A stretch of DNA of 64,000 bases, from positions 52,082,001 through 52,146,000 of the forward strand of contig NC_058382.1 in NCBI RefSeq assembly GCF_018350175.1, written 5' to 3'. Below, piece after piece: positions 49,270-61,681 of the stretch. Below the pieces are notes generated by a model that saw only the letters and a list, made by a program, of their open reading frames with translations, had not been told where the DNA came from and did not search any database. Positions within the stretch are counted from its first letter, which is position 1; each line of letters begins with the position of its first letter. The stretch is from Felis catus (lineage: Eukaryota). The translations under genes and the position numbers were made by a program.

Positions 49270-49500
49270 TAAAATAATAACAGCGTGTCCCATTTGTATA
49301 GTGCTGTCTGTAGGATCCTTTTAACATGTGCTCATCTGGCTGCTTAACTGTTCCTGTTGGTTGAATTTAACACACCAATAAGGGCAAATATTAATTCTCT
49401 GTTTTGGAAATAAAACCAGGGTTCATAGTGTGAATACTCAGCAAAAACTCCATAAATATTTTTGGAAGAGCCAGGACTGGAACCTTGAATTCTTGGTTCT
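49270..49500 (-). mobile_element. MIR, degraded
   Basis: aataataacagc...catttgtatagtgct...agagccaggactggaacc. Confidence 0.55.
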
Positions 49501-49584
49501 TAATTAAGTTACTTTTCAACTCAAGTTAATTTTTTCCTGTTTGTTTAGTTTTTATTTATAATCTCCCCTTTTTTCTTGTTCTTT

Positions 49585-49785
49585 AAAATTTTTGTTTTTA
49601 ATGTTTATTTTTGAGAGAGCGAGCAGGGGAGGGACAGAGAGAGAGGGAGACGCAGAATCCGGAGCAAGCTCCAGACTCTGAGCTGTCAGCACAGAGCCTG
49701 ACGTGGGGCTTAAACCCACGGACCTTGAGATCATGACCTGAGCTGAAGTTGGACACTTAACTGATTGAGCCACCCAGGCACCTCC
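49585..49785 (-). mobile_element. CAN-SINE
   Basis: Reverse SINE ending gagccacccaggcacc. Confidence 0.93.
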
Positions 49786-50299
49786 CCCCCCCCACCCCTT
49801 CCTGTTCTTTTAAACTCAGGAAGAGACTTTCACTTTTAATTGTCACCATTGTATGGTTTAACCTATATCTGGCCCTTTAGAAGTTTAGTTTCTTCTGTAA
49901 AAGTTTTTTTAAAAATAATGGTGTGGACTGTTTGTGACCTTGTGTGTATTTATAGGACCTGGAGTAATTAGCCTGAGGAAGAAGTAATTTCTGTTTCTGC
50001 AGTTGCTGTAGGTCTCAGATTCCCAGCCATACTTTTTGTTTTTGGGTTAATTAAGTGGACCATTTCGGTGTCTGTAGTTCATTTAAGCCATAAACCCGTG
50101 GGCCATGTGGAATCCCATTAGTGAAACCTTAGCAGAGTGCCCCCATCAGTATCAGTCTTCCTCCTGAGCAGTAGTGGCTGATCTTTTGTTCTTTCTCCTG
50201 AGAGCACCTTCTCAGATGCTTCTTTCCTTGTTGACAGTCTAATACACCCCAATTTATCCAGTATATGCTGCCAAGGAAGGTTTGGGGAAATACTTGAAT

Positions 50300-52000
50300 T
50301 ACAGAGTGACAAATAGCATGAGCGTCTGCAGTCACATCTGACCTGCTGTAATGAATTTACAGAAGACTAGGTCTGGTAGTTCAGCTGTGTCCGTGGTGTC
50401 TTGGGTGGAAATGAGCACAGGCATAATGTATGGGCGCACACATACAGATAGATTCTTTGACCGGGCCGTGTTCATGGCAGTTAGGAATTTAAGCACAGGA
50501 AATTATGAAAAAGTAATCCCAGATTGCATTTGAATGATATTGATGAATATGCTTGCCTGGTAATCCGCCACTTTTACGGCATTTTAAGTTACCTTAAGTG
50601 GTTGATGAAACTTTTCAATGAGAATATTGGCAGGTGCTGAGTACCTGTTGTCAAAGCCGTGGATAATTTGCAAAGGTTTCAAATGGGAAATTTGTTTTCT
50701 CCAGCTAGGAAGCTTGGTCTCAGATCTACTTCTAAGGTTCGGTGTGAAAGGGAATGTAAACTCACTTTAAGCAGGGGAAACATGATGGGGAAAATAAATC
50801 AGCCTGGGGCCTAGGCTCAGGGGCTGATGAGGGATGGATCCTGATACGTGGCCCCAAACCGGTGATTCTATATTTTCCACCCATTTTGGTTATCCGTGCC
50901 GCTCCTTATCTCCTTAGTGCAGAAAACGGAGAGTTAGTTCAGTATTCTTAAGAACCTCCCATGATTGCATTTAGGCAATGGATTTAACAGGTATCATTAT
51001 CTCTTATTTAAGCTCAGACTGTGGTGTGCACGCAGGCCTGTTGGTGTGACTCATCACTGGTTTGTCTGAGTTTTATTAGAAACGCTTCGAGAGCAGGGAG
51101 ACAAGAACATGAACTGACGACATTGATGATTCTGGCAGCTTGACATTACCCAAGCATTCTCTTTGTTTGGTTTTCCTTCAGACGTAGATTTTGTTGTTGT
51201 TGTTTTGTTCTGTTTTGTTTTTCTCTGGGTTTTTGGTTGTCTTTTTTAGTTGTTTCTTTAAGAGAATGGATAGGGGAGAGGCGGTTCCTCCTGCAGCTTT
51301 CCTCCCAAATCAAACTGTTTCAAAGCCTTTTGCAAAACTCTTTTATGCATTTTGCTCACTGGTTGAGCAAGAGTTACACACGAGAAGTGGCTTAGGCATT
51401 TTCACTGTGTCCATAAAGAAAATGTATATTACTATGCGTTGCACATTTGCCACTTAGAATTTCTGAATACAAATTAATCAACTTGCAGCTGTGAATAACA
51501 ATAAAACACAAGATAATGTACCTGCAGAAATGAGGGCATTTGAAATCCGTTCTCAGGTGGCCGTCAGAAATAGCCAGCCAGAGTGCTGCTACCTGTTTTC
51601 CATAATTGCGTGGCTTTGCCTTTCCTTAGTTAATCCGTTTAATAAACTCCCCTGCAGAATCTAAATGCTTAAATTTAGTTTCTTTTTGTCTTTATGGTGT
51701 TTATCATTGTTAACGTGGCATCAGAGTAGCTCAACTTTCGCATCATGATAAATTCATAACCCAAGAGAAGGCAGAAAACATAATTATTATCAATTGCCTC
51801 TCTCCCGGAATTGCCATTGGCTGAATGGAGCAATATACGAACCAAAGGAGTAGCTGATTCAGAGAAATACGGGGTTGGAATTGGGCCTTGTCTTGATTGC
51901 ATTGCCATTGTTTAGAAGTCCTTCCCATTGGACTTCTCTTCAAGTTTGCCCGTACGGTAAATTCTGCAAGGCGTGTCAATATTTTAAGAGGCTTAAACTT
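50300..52000. promoter_or_regulatory. Cluster of candidate conserved non-coding elements
   Basis: About 1.7 kb with no recognisable repeat; AACAAT/ATTGTT, TAATTA and GATTA/TAATCC motifs. Confidence 0.4.
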
Positions 52001-52034
52001 TGATTTTTTTTTTTCCCCTACACAATATGGAATC

Positions 52035-52180
52035 CAATGTATTTATTCAATCATTCAGTAAGTCCTAACTGAGTGACTGCTGTGGGTTAGGACACACCTG
52101 TGAATAAGGTGAAGTCTTTGTTACCCTCTATCAGAGGAATAAAATTTATACAGTATGTAACATGTCAGATGATAGAAAGC
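52035..52180 (-). mobile_element. L2 3' end
   Basis: atttattcaatcattcagtaagtcctaactgagtgactgctgtg. Confidence 0.55.
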
Positions 52181-52724
52181 GATAGAAAGTGCATTCCTTT
52201 TTTTTTTTTTTTTTTTTTTTAGAGGAATGAAGTAGTTCACCGACAGCTTCAAAAATCACTCTCCTCAAAGTTACGAGTAGGAAAACTTACCCATTGAAGA
52301 ATTTCAGTTTTTCACTAGGGAGAAATAGTGCCAGGGTGACTGCAATCCGAATCGAACGTGTTTGTCTCTTCATTCATTTACACCAATAAGGATGGCACTG
52401 TACAGGAAGTGTCTGTGGGGTCTCATTCATTGGAACCTGATAAATACACATGGCATTGTGACTTTACTCTCATCCCATGCCTGGTTGCAGCTGGTCAGGC
52501 ACTGCCTTTCCAACAGCCTTGAACTTATTTGGGCCAGTCTCAGATAGGGGTTCACAACGAGGGATTTACACAGGTTTGTAGAAGTGAATCTGAATAGATA
52601 AGGATTTCATGAAAGCAACGCTCACTGTTGGACAGAAATTCTTGTCCCTACAAATTTGGGGCCGTGATAAAGAAAACTATCTTTTGAAGTCTGAGAAACT
52701 TGGAGGTTCTCTCAAGGGGCTTAT

Positions 52725-52965
52725 TTTTTTTAAATTAAATTATATTTATGTATTTATTTTTTTATTATTTTTTTAATTTACTTTTGAGAGACAAAGAGAG
52801 CATGAGCAGGGGAGGGGCAGAGAGAGACAGAAACACAGAATCTGAGGCAGGGTCCAGGCTCTGAGCTCAGCACAGAGCCCGATGCAGGGCTCAACCTCGC
52901 GAACCACAAGATCTTGACCTTGAACCCAAGTTGGCTGTTTAACCGACTGAGCCATCCAGGTGCCC
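52725..52965 (-). mobile_element. CAN-SINE, first of a tandem pair
   Basis: Reverse SINE ending gccatccaggtgccc. Confidence 0.92.
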
Positions 52966-52980
52966 TTACTGATTTTTTTT

Positions 52981-53219
52981 TTTTAACATTTTTTCTTTAA
53001 AAAAAAAATTTTTTTTTAATGTTTATTTATTTTTCAGAGAGACAGAGACAGAATGCCAGTGGGTTCGGGCAGAGAGAGAGGGAGGCACAGAATCTGAAAC
53101 AGGCTCCAGGCTCCGAGCTGTCAGTGCAGAGCCTGATGTGGAGCTTGAACTCACGAGCTGTGACATCATGACCTGAGACAAAGTTGGATGCTCAACCGAC
53201 TAAGCCACCCAGGCGCCCC
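52981..53219 (-). mobile_element. CAN-SINE, second of a tandem pair
   Basis: Reverse SINE; flanks gatttttttt on both sides. Confidence 0.93.
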
Positions 53220-54876
53220 AGATTTTTTTTTTTTTAGTAGGAGGAATAACATTTTTAAAAATTTGAATTTACTTTTTCCTAAGGTAGGCTCTTTTGAAGA
53301 TTCAGCGAGATCTATAAAAATCCTTCAAAAAATGTCAACTGCTTCTCAGGATTCTCACTATCATTTATCTAGAGATCCAAAAGGAATGAATATCTGGGTC
53401 TGTTTATTTGTTTCTGAAGGACCTGCCCTGATTTAATGCTACTATCTTTTAGAGGTTTGTGGAAGGAAGGCCAGGAAAGAAAATATTCATTAATTTTGTC
53501 TGAATAGTGGTCACATCAGCTGAAACCAGTTCAAAGTCAGAGAGTTAGGTTTTCTTGTAGTTCCACATATCTGGAATGTTCTCGAGACATTGCTCATGGC
53601 CAGTGTGCTTAGCTGACCTTTCATTGTTGTACAGATTTATTCACCTCTGTTCAAGATACATCTTCCCCTATCGTAATGGCCAGGTGGAGGGATAGTTTCA
53701 GTATGTTGTGGTGGCCTGTGTCAGACAATGTGTGGCTTCTGCGTGAATGGATTCCATGACAAGCACCCCGTTTGAGCTCAACCAAAAATCTGACACATTG
53801 TCCTTGGACGATTCTGTTTGCGTTCCAGGATATACCTCAGTCTCGCCAAAATATGCCGATGCTTTCCTCTCCTTGGGCTCTGTGCTGATTCCTTGCACTG
53901 GGAAAAGCCATCCCCAGTTCTTGGCCCTAGAGGCATCTAAGTATTGGCTGCTCCTCCTGGCCTTCCCACTGAGCCGTGTGGCCTAACATTCTAATCCTAC
54001 AAATACAGGACCAGCTTGTTAATTATGTTAGAGGAACTTAACTGATTTTAGTCCCGAACATGGGGTTGTTTCATACTTGTTTTTTTTATATCTGGATTTT
54101 ATAATGAATTCACCATACATGTAGCTATTCCTTTGCTTTTTTTTTTTTTTAGAAAAAAACAAAAACCCCAAAAACAACAAACATAAAACCTTTGTGAATG
54201 CTAACTGATACACAGCCTTTATAAATTTAAAGTGTAATGTTCAAAATGCCCTAACCCCCGAATTCTCTGGTTCAGGTTATTACATTTTTATGAGGATTAA
54301 TTTTGATAGAGGCCTTTTAAAATCAGTTGCTCCCTGTAATTACAAATCTGCCTTATGGTATTTACGATATATCACATGAATATACTTGAGGGTCATGAGA
54401 AGTTCACATGTGCAGTGTAGGGCCCCATGCCTTTCACCAAAGTGTTGGCTCAAGTAGCTGTGTTTTTGTACATCTCTGCAGGATGTACACGTTCTCCAAT
54501 AGCCGGACTCCTATGGCCTCATGCCCTTTCAGTTTTGAAAGCCTTGAGAAAGAGCAGTTTGTATAATTCAGGATTTCGGGCAGTCCAGGACTTGATCAGG
54601 TACTTTTGAACTTGAAGAACTAGGAAGCCATCACCTCGAAATTTTCCCAACTTAATTTTCCCAACCCAGAAGTCACTCTGATTTTCATTACACATTGATG
54701 GTAATTCACTTGGATTGATTTGGGCAGGGTGGGGGGCACCTACAAGTCTGTATTTTAAAAATGGAAGTAAAATGAGAAAGACCCATAAATGTCATCATCT
54801 AAGGGATTTGAAAGTAAAATTTAACTTAAAATTTTTTTGATCAAGTTGACATAGCAGGATCTTGGATATAGATTTT

Positions 54877-54877
<1 letters not shown>

Positions 54878-54922
<45 letters not shown>

Positions 54923-55062
54923 AGGGGATAGAGACAGAAACCAAACTTCCAACTTCCTGCTGGGTGGTTTTGAAAACTCACAAATAACTGTGAGTCCTTC
55001 CATCCAGAGAAGGGGGAGAGGAAAACCCCACCCCTTACCAGCTGGCTTTAAAATGAGAAAAA

Positions 55063-55109
<47 letters not shown>
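54878..55109. repeat. Poly-T (about 40 nt, 54878-54917) and (CA)n (about 55065-55109)
   Basis: Directly visible. Confidence 0.95.
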
Positions 55110-55111
<2 letters not shown>

Positions 55112-56035
55112 AATGTTGATGATGATAATGGAGGAAAACGCCACAAATAATTAGGAATTTATTTTAAATTATCATGAAATATTTATCATTGTTATTGATG
55201 GGGAAAGGAACATATCACACCTTCTTTCTTCATTTAGCTCAGCACTTTAGAATGTGTCCGTGTTTCTCAGTCATGGTGTGTGTTCTTCGATTTGGTTCCA
55301 CATTTTGTTTTTGGAGAGGACGCGTCAGTAACGTTGAGCTTCTGGAATGGTGAGACAAGCCTACCTTGGCCTGCTCTTCTGATCCCCTGGTGGCCTGGAG
55401 AGCAGGAAGCGCATGCCAGATGCTCGTGGTTAAGGATGAAGCGAGAGAGCACTGCCTTCCTCTAGACTAGAGAAGCCTCCAGACCACAGCTGCGGTGCCA
55501 CAGGGGCCCTTGACCTTGACTCCACTGCTCTGTCGCGACTATCAGGGCCTCCCAGCTCATTTTGCAGTCTCTGCTTCCCACCTTGTGCCTTTTTGCTCCT
55601 CTTTCCTACTCTGGGCCCCCCCCACTTCAGACCCTTCAAAGGGACGGAATCTGACTGGTCATGTGTAGTCACATTGTGCCTTTTGGACAAAGCACTCAAG
55701 CCAGGCCACCTCGGGGTCTGGCTGTTCTCACATCATGGGTGCTCCCTCCCATTGCACAGACAGCAAGCCCAAGGTAATCGAGGCAAGGAGATCCCGGAGC
55801 CACCCATCTCCGAGGACATGCAGCCTCACTGGGAGCCTGTGAGTGTACGTGTTGCCCCCGGCAGAGGGCTGTGAGGTTGGTTCCTGCCAGAAACCAGAAC
55901 GAGGCCTTTGTCTCTGAAGGGCCAGAGAGCGAATATTTTCAGCTTTGCAGGCTGTACAGTCTCTGTTGCAATTACAGTTGACCCTTGAGCTGCATGGGTT
56001 TGAACTTCGTGGGTCTACTTATATGTTGATTTTTT

Positions 56036-57510
56036 TTTCTTAATATGAAATTTATTGTCAAATTGGATTCCATATAACACCCAGTGCTCATCCCAACAGG
56101 TGCCCTCCTCAATGCCCATCACCCACTTTCCCCTCTTCCCCAACCCCCATCAACCCTCAGTTTGTTCTCAGGTTTTAAGAGTCTCTTATGGTTTGGCTCT
56201 CTCCCTCTCTAACTTTTTTTTTTTTCCTTCCCCTCCCCCCACAGTCTTCTGTTAAGTTTCTCAGGATCCACATAAGAGTGAAAACTTATGGTATCTGTCT
56301 TTCTCTGTATGACTTATTTCACTTAGCATAACACTTTCCACTTCCATCCACGTTGCTACAAAAGGCCATATTTCATTCTTTCTCATTGCCACATAGTATT
56401 CCATTGTGTATATAAACCACAACTTCTGTATCCATTCATCAGTTGATGGACATCTGGGCTCTTTCCATAATTTGGCTATTGTTGAGAGTGCTGCTATAAA
56501 CATTGGGGTACAAGTGCCCCTATGCATCAGCACTTCTGTATCCCTTGGGTAAATTCCTAGCAGTGCAATTGCTGGGTCATAGGGTAGATCTATTTTTAAT
56601 TTTTTGAGGACCCTCCACACTTTTCCAGAGCGGCTGTACCAGTTTGCATTCCCACCAACAGTGCAAGAGGGTTCCCGTTTCTCCACATCCTCGCCACCAT
56701 CTATGGTCTCCTGATTTGTTCATTGTAGCGACTCTGACTGGTGTGAGGTGATATCTCAGTTTGGTTTTGATTTGTATTTCCCTGATGAGTGACGTTGAGC
56801 ATGGTTTCATGTGCCTGTTGGCCATTCGGATGTCTTCTTTAGAGAAGTGTCTATTCATGTCTTCGGCCCATTTCTTCACTGGATTATTTGTCTTTTGGGT
56901 GTGGAGTTTGGTGAGTTCTTTATAGATTTTGGATCTAGCCCTTTATCCGATAGGTCATTTACAAATATCTTTTCCCATTCCGTTGGTTGCCTTTTAGTTT
57001 TGTTGATTGTTTCCTTTGCAGTGCAGAATCTTTTTATCTTCATGAGGTCCCAATAGTTCGTTTTTGCTTTTAATTCCCTTGCCTTTGGAGATGTGTCAAG
57101 TAAGAAATTGCTGTGGCTGACGTCAGAGGTTTTTTCTTGCTTTCTCTTCTAGGGTTTTGATGGTTTCCTGTCTCACATTCAGGTCCTTTATCCATTTTGA
57201 GTTTATTTTTGTGAATGGTGTGAGAAAGTGGTCTAGTTCCTTTTTTCTGAATGTTGCTGTCCAGTTCTCCCAGCACCATTTGTTAAAGAGACTGTCTTTT
57301 TTCCATTGGTATTCTTTCCTGGTTTGTCAAAGATTAGTTGGCTATACTTTTGTGGGTCCAATTCTGGAGTCTCGATTCTTTTCCATTGGTCTGTGTGTCT
57401 GTTTTTGTGCCAATACCATGCTGTCTTGATGATTACAGCTTTGTAGTAGAGGCTAAAGTCTGGGATTGTGATGCCTCCCGCTTTGGTCTTCTTCAATATT
57501 ACTTTGGCTG
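56036..57510 (-). mobile_element. Feline L1, 5'-truncated (about 1.5 kb), with frameshifted ORF2 C-terminus
   Basis: ORF 56261-56686 (...[13 protein letters not shown]...CTPMFIAALSTIAKLWKEPRCPSTDEW...) and 57233-57586 ([29 protein letters not shown]) are L1 ORF2; TSD tatgttgatttttt at 56022-56035 and 57511-57524. Confidence 0.96.
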
Positions 57511-57569
57511 TATGTTGATTTTTTACAGTACAGTACTGCAAGTGTATTTTCCCTTCCTTATTGGTTTTG

Positions 57570-57789
57570 TTTTGTTTTGTTTTCAATATTTTATTTTATT
57601 TTTGAAAGAGAGACAGAGTACAAGCAGGGGAGGGGCAGAGAGAGAGAGAGGGAGACACAGAATCCGAAGCAGGCTCCAGGCTCTGAGCCATCAGCACAGA
57701 GCCTGATGTGGGGCTCGAACTCATGAACCGTGAGATCATGACTTGAGCTGAAGTCGGACGCTTAACCCACTGAGACACCCAGGTTCCCC
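57570..57789 (-). mobile_element. CAN-SINE inside the Tigger element
   Basis: Reverse SINE; flanks ttattggtttt / ttatggtttt. Confidence 0.93.
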
Positions 57790-57826
57790 ATTATGGTTTT
57801 CTTCATAACATTTTCTTTTTTTTAGG

Positions 57827-57827
<1 letters not shown>

Positions 57828-57877
<50 letters not shown>

Positions 57878-57899
57878 CACACACACACACATATATATA
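57828..57899. repeat. (TA)n(CA)n microsatellite inside the Tigger element
   Basis: Directly visible. Confidence 0.95.
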
Positions 57900-58209
57900 A
57901 TTTGTATAATGTACAAAATATATGTTAATCGAATGTTTGTGTCATTGGTGAGGCTTGTGGTCAACAGTAGTCTATTAGTAGTTAAGTTTTGGGGGAGTCA
58001 AAAGTTGTAGATGGATTTTCAACTGTGTGAGGGATGGCACCTCTAACCTCTGTATTGTTCAAGGGTCAACCGTACTCATTTTGCTGTTGGAACATGAAAG
58101 TAGCCACAGACAATGCATAAATGAATGGATGTGTTCTGATAAAACTTTATTTACGGGAACAGGCAGTGGGCCAGACCTGGCCCAGGGACCATAGTTGTTT
58201 ACTAGACTC

Positions 58210-58410
58210 TAGTGTGTAGAGTACAGGTTTTGAGCCTCAGATCTGCCTCTTGCTAACCTTGCGACTTGGGAAGTTAATTGAAATCCTATGGCCCAGTTTT
58301 CTCTTCAGTCAAATGGGGACAAAATAGCTTTTTAGCAGTTATTAAAAATGTTTGATGAAATGATGTGCACAGTGAGCTCAGAGTATAAGATCTCAACGAA
58401 TACTGTTTTC
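58210..58410 (+). mobile_element. MIR
   Basis: gacttgggaagttaattgaa...cccagttttctcttcagtcaaatgggg. Confidence 0.65.
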
Positions 58411-58711
58411 ATCAGTGACCTCCTTATGCACACTTCCAGCAGAAGGTGGGAGATGGTTCTGGATCTGAGGCTGTTGGAAAATAAATAGGTGTTATTGTGA
58501 AGCTTTTGATTCTTCAGGTTGTCAGCTGACCTTGATTTTTTGGCGGATACATTCAGAGCTTTAAAGGTCATTTTGTGTTTTTTTCCTTTCCATGTTGGGA
58601 ACATCATCTGCATTGCCATTTTAAACACTAGATTTGCCTTTAAGTGGTTTACTCGCATGTGTTTTTTCCGTAATTGTTTCCAACTCTTTCTGAGGCCGGA
58701 CTACACGTTTT

Positions 58712-58734
58712 ATTCATTTATTTTGTTAAATTTT

Positions 58735-58776
<42 letters not shown>

Positions 58777-58952
58777 ACAAAAGAGAGAGAACGAGCATAC
58801 CAGCGGGGTACAGGGGCAGAGGGAGAGAGAACCTTAAGCAGGCTCCATGATCAGTATGGAGTCTGATGCAGGGCTTGATCCCACGACCCTTGGGGTCATG
58901 ACCTGAGCTGAAAGCAAGGGTCAGATGCTCACCTGAGCCACTTAGGTGCCCC
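58712..58952 (-). mobile_element. CAN-SINE (older) with long (GA)n
   Basis: Reverse SINE; diverged TSD ccggactacacgtttta / ctggactgtacatttta. Confidence 0.9.
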
Positions 58953-59088
58953 TGGACTGTACATTTTAATTCAGGGTTTGTCCAATCTATTACTGCATAT
59001 TCTTGGCCCAAGCATGCTAGGATAGTAGTGTACCCTGAAACCGATAAATCAAGAAGTTATGTTCATATTTAATAATAAGCATGCACTT

Positions 59089-59300
59089 GGGGTACCTGCG
59101 TGGTTAAGTCCGTTAAGTGTCCAACTTTGGCTCAGGTCATGATCTCATGGTTTGTGGGTTTGAGCCCCACTTCGGGCTCTGTGCTGACAGCTCAGAGCCC
59201 GGAGCCTCTTCACATTCCGTGTCTCCCTCTCTCTTTCCCCTCTACCACTTGCACTCTGCCTCTCTCTCAAAAATAGATAAACTTAAAAAAATTTTTTAAG
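59089..59300 (+). mobile_element. CAN-SINE
   Basis: ggggtacctgcgtggttaagtccgttaagtgtccaactttggctcaggtcatgatc... Confidence 0.92.
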
Positions 59301-59594
59301 ATAATTAGCGTGTGCTCAGTGTCACAGTGGGCATCAAAGGGGGTCCTGGAGTCTGGGAATGGATGGACTGTTCTCTAATGGTGATATCTGCATCCCTGCC
59401 TGGCTTAGTAAGCTCGTGATAAGCCTTCAGAGGCTGCTACGATGGTTCGAAGTCTTGCTGATTTATGTTCACTGGGCATTTTGTAAATATTCAGATTAAC
59501 GATGGTACCCGCTGAACATGATGTGAATAAGTTCATAGCCTGTCTTCTGTGCCATGATCCCAAGAGAGAAAAAACATTGCATTTGGCTTTTTTG

Positions 59595-59717
59595 TATGTA
59601 TATATATATATATATATATAAATATATGTATATATATATATATATACATATAAATGTATATATATACATGTAAATATATATATATAAATGTATATATATA
59701 TACATATATATATATAA
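59595..59717. repeat. Interrupted (TA)n microsatellite, about 120 bp
   Basis: Directly visible. Confidence 0.97.
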
Positions 59718-59986
59718 TTTTTTAAAAGGGAGTGTTTGCTTAAGGAAAATAATTTTGCCCAGTTATGGCTCATACCGTTTTTGGTGTTTATATTTTAAAA
59801 ATGAAGGAGAAAGCAGTTTGTTTTTTCCAGAATGACTTGTGAGTCAAAGGTGAGGGATGTCTACTTTTGGGAGCTATGAGGTTTGTATTGCTCTGATCTG
59901 GCCAAGGGCTTTCCCTTGGTCCCTTTGTGGGAGAGGGTCACAGTGGGTCTCACTCTGGACCTTGCTTGACCAGGAATGACCTTGAG

Positions 59987-60347
59987 CAGGGGTCACAAAC
60001 AGCTGCCTGCCCTTGTGCCGAATACAGCCCGCACCTGTTTGGGTATGGCCTGCAAGCTAAGAATAGTTTTTACTCTTGTCATTTATTTTTAAATGCTGAA
60101 AAACAATCAACAGGAGAATATTATTTCATGACACATGAACATTATATGGAATTTCTATTTCAGTGTCCATAGATAAAATTTTAAATTTTATCAGTAAAGT
60201 CATGTGGAGATTTTTCTTCTCTCTTATTCTGCGAATACCTCCATACTATCCTTGGTTTTGCTGCTTGGCCCACAAAGCCTAAAATATTTACTGTCTTGCC
60301 CTTTACAAAAAAAAAAAAAAGGAAAGAAAGAAAATTGCTACCTCCTG
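59987..60347 (+). mobile_element. MER58B/C-type hAT DNA transposon
   Basis: caggggtcacaaac...gcctgcaagctaagaatagttttta...ggcccacaaagcctaaaatatttactgtcttgccctttac...ttgctacctcctg. Confidence 0.82.
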
Positions 60348-60551
60348 ATGTAGAGCAGTGATTTTTGAGTCTCTTTTGTAGTTTTCAAAATCTTTCATCA
60401 AATGAAACCTTTTGGGGGAAGCCTGCTTTACAAAGTAGGTACAAGATGGAATTGTTTGGACCAAGGCGGTGGTCTGAGCCTTGCTGGGTGTCAGACTCGG
60501 GCCACACCTTCCCGCTTGGGGATTAGGCTGTCTTCGCTAAGAAAGTGCCTT

Positions 60552-60743
60552 GGGGTGCCTGGATGGCTTAGTCCCTTAAGTGTCCAACTTTGGCTCAGGC
60601 CATGATATCATGGTTTGTGGGTTCGAGCCCCATATCAGGCTCTCTGCTGTCAGCACGGAGCCCGCTTCAGATCCTTTGTCCCCGTGCTTCTGCCCTGCTC
60701 TCTCTGTTTCTCTGAAAAATAAATAAACATTAAAAAAAAAAAA
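60552..60743 (+). mobile_element. CAN-SINE
   Basis: ggggtgcctggatggcttag...aataaataaacattaaaaaa; flanks aaagtgc(c)tt. Confidence 0.92.
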
Positions 60744-60769
60744 GTGCTTGGATTCAGACTTGTAAATAC

Positions 60770-61130
60770 CCATCTGCAGTCTCCTTTATGCTATTGTAAA
60801 ATCCAAAAAAGCTCTGAAAAACAAACTATATATATATATATATACACGTATATATATGTGTATTTATATACATATATTTATTTTTTGTATTTCCAGAAAA
60901 CTCTTGGTGGTAAAACCTGACTTGAGCTGATTTCGTGTCCCTATTTTTCCCACTCTACTGTGGATAATCCTGTTTCCAGTGCAGCAATAGAAAAGTGTTT
61001 GTTACAGGACGTTACCCTAAACCCCGCTGGGGGTATTTCATGACACACAGTCTGTGCATCCATTGACCTTTATCCCATGGATGGATTCTGAATTACGGAA
61101 GCAGGCCACGGGGGGTGGCCTTCTGCTGTG
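60770..61130. mobile_element. MER96B-like DNA transposon with internal (TA)n
   Basis: aaatccaaaaaagctctgaaaa...ggtaaaacctgac...accccgctgggggt...ttctgaattacggaa; recalled consensus, not searched. Confidence 0.6.
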
Positions 61131-61269
61131 CTCTGCCCACTGGATGCCAGGATGGCCTCTCTGAGCTGGCCACACCCATCATGTGGATTCGCAGTGGCCA
61201 TGCGTGTTTTTCTGTTTTTTTTTTTTTAATATATTTATTATATATATATTTAAATATATGTATAAAATA

Positions 61270-61535
61270 TATATAAATATATATATAATATACTGTCAAG
61301 TTAGCTAACTTGTATACAGTGTATACACTGTGCTCTTGGTTTTGGGGATAGATTCCCATGATTCCTCACTCACATATCACACTCAGTGCTCATCCCAACA
61401 GGTGCCCCCCTCAATGCCCATCCCCCCCCCCGCCCCGCCATCAACCCTCAGTTTGTTCTCTATATTTAAGAGTCTCTTATGGTTTGCCTCCCTCTCTGTT
61501 TGAAACTGTTTCCCCCTTCCCTTCCCCACGGTCTT
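61270..61535 (-). mobile_element. Carnivore L1 3'-UTR fragment
   Basis: cagtgctcatcccaacaggtgccc...caaccctcagtttgttctctatatttaagagtctcttatggtttgcctccc. Confidence 0.88.
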
Positions 61536-61665
61536 CCACGCGAGTTTATCTCGGAGGCCTAGGGTGAGGGTGTATGGTGCTCACTTCTGACAGATGCGGT
61601 TTTGTCCCTCTGCGTGTCCCCGCAGCCGCTTGCGGCCCCAGCCCAACACGATTGTACTGTGTGCT

Positions 61666-61681
61666 GTGCCATCTAGTGGTC
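61666..61681 (-). promoter_or_regulatory. CTCF core motif
   Basis: Reverse complement GACCACTAGATGGCAC matches the CTCF core CCACYAGRKGGC; lies in a CpG-richer unique patch. Confidence 0.6.

Larger units (their letters stand above)
55975..58072 (+). mobile_element. Tigger2a-type (TcMar) non-autonomous DNA transposon, interrupted
   Basis: TIRs cagttgacccttgagc / gttcaagggtcaaccg (14/16 match); TA TSD at 55973-55974 and 58073-58074. Confidence 0.88.
55900..58205 (+). mobile_element. MER58A-type hAT split in two (about 55900-55972 and 58075-58205)
   Basis: ctgaagggccagagagcgaatattttcagctttgcagg...ctctgttgcaa | ctcattttgctg...agccacagacaatgcataaatgaatgg...ataaaactttatttac...ccatagtt. Confidence 0.8.

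Noticed and set aside
54482..54599. Possible exon (ctctgcag|...cag|gtactt) open in one frame
   Set aside because: Weak donor and unrecognisable peptide (CTRSPIAGLLWPH...).
56261..57586. Protein-like ORFs as a host gene or active element
   Set aside because: They are frameshifted L1 ORF2 C-terminal fragments of a 5'-truncated insertion.
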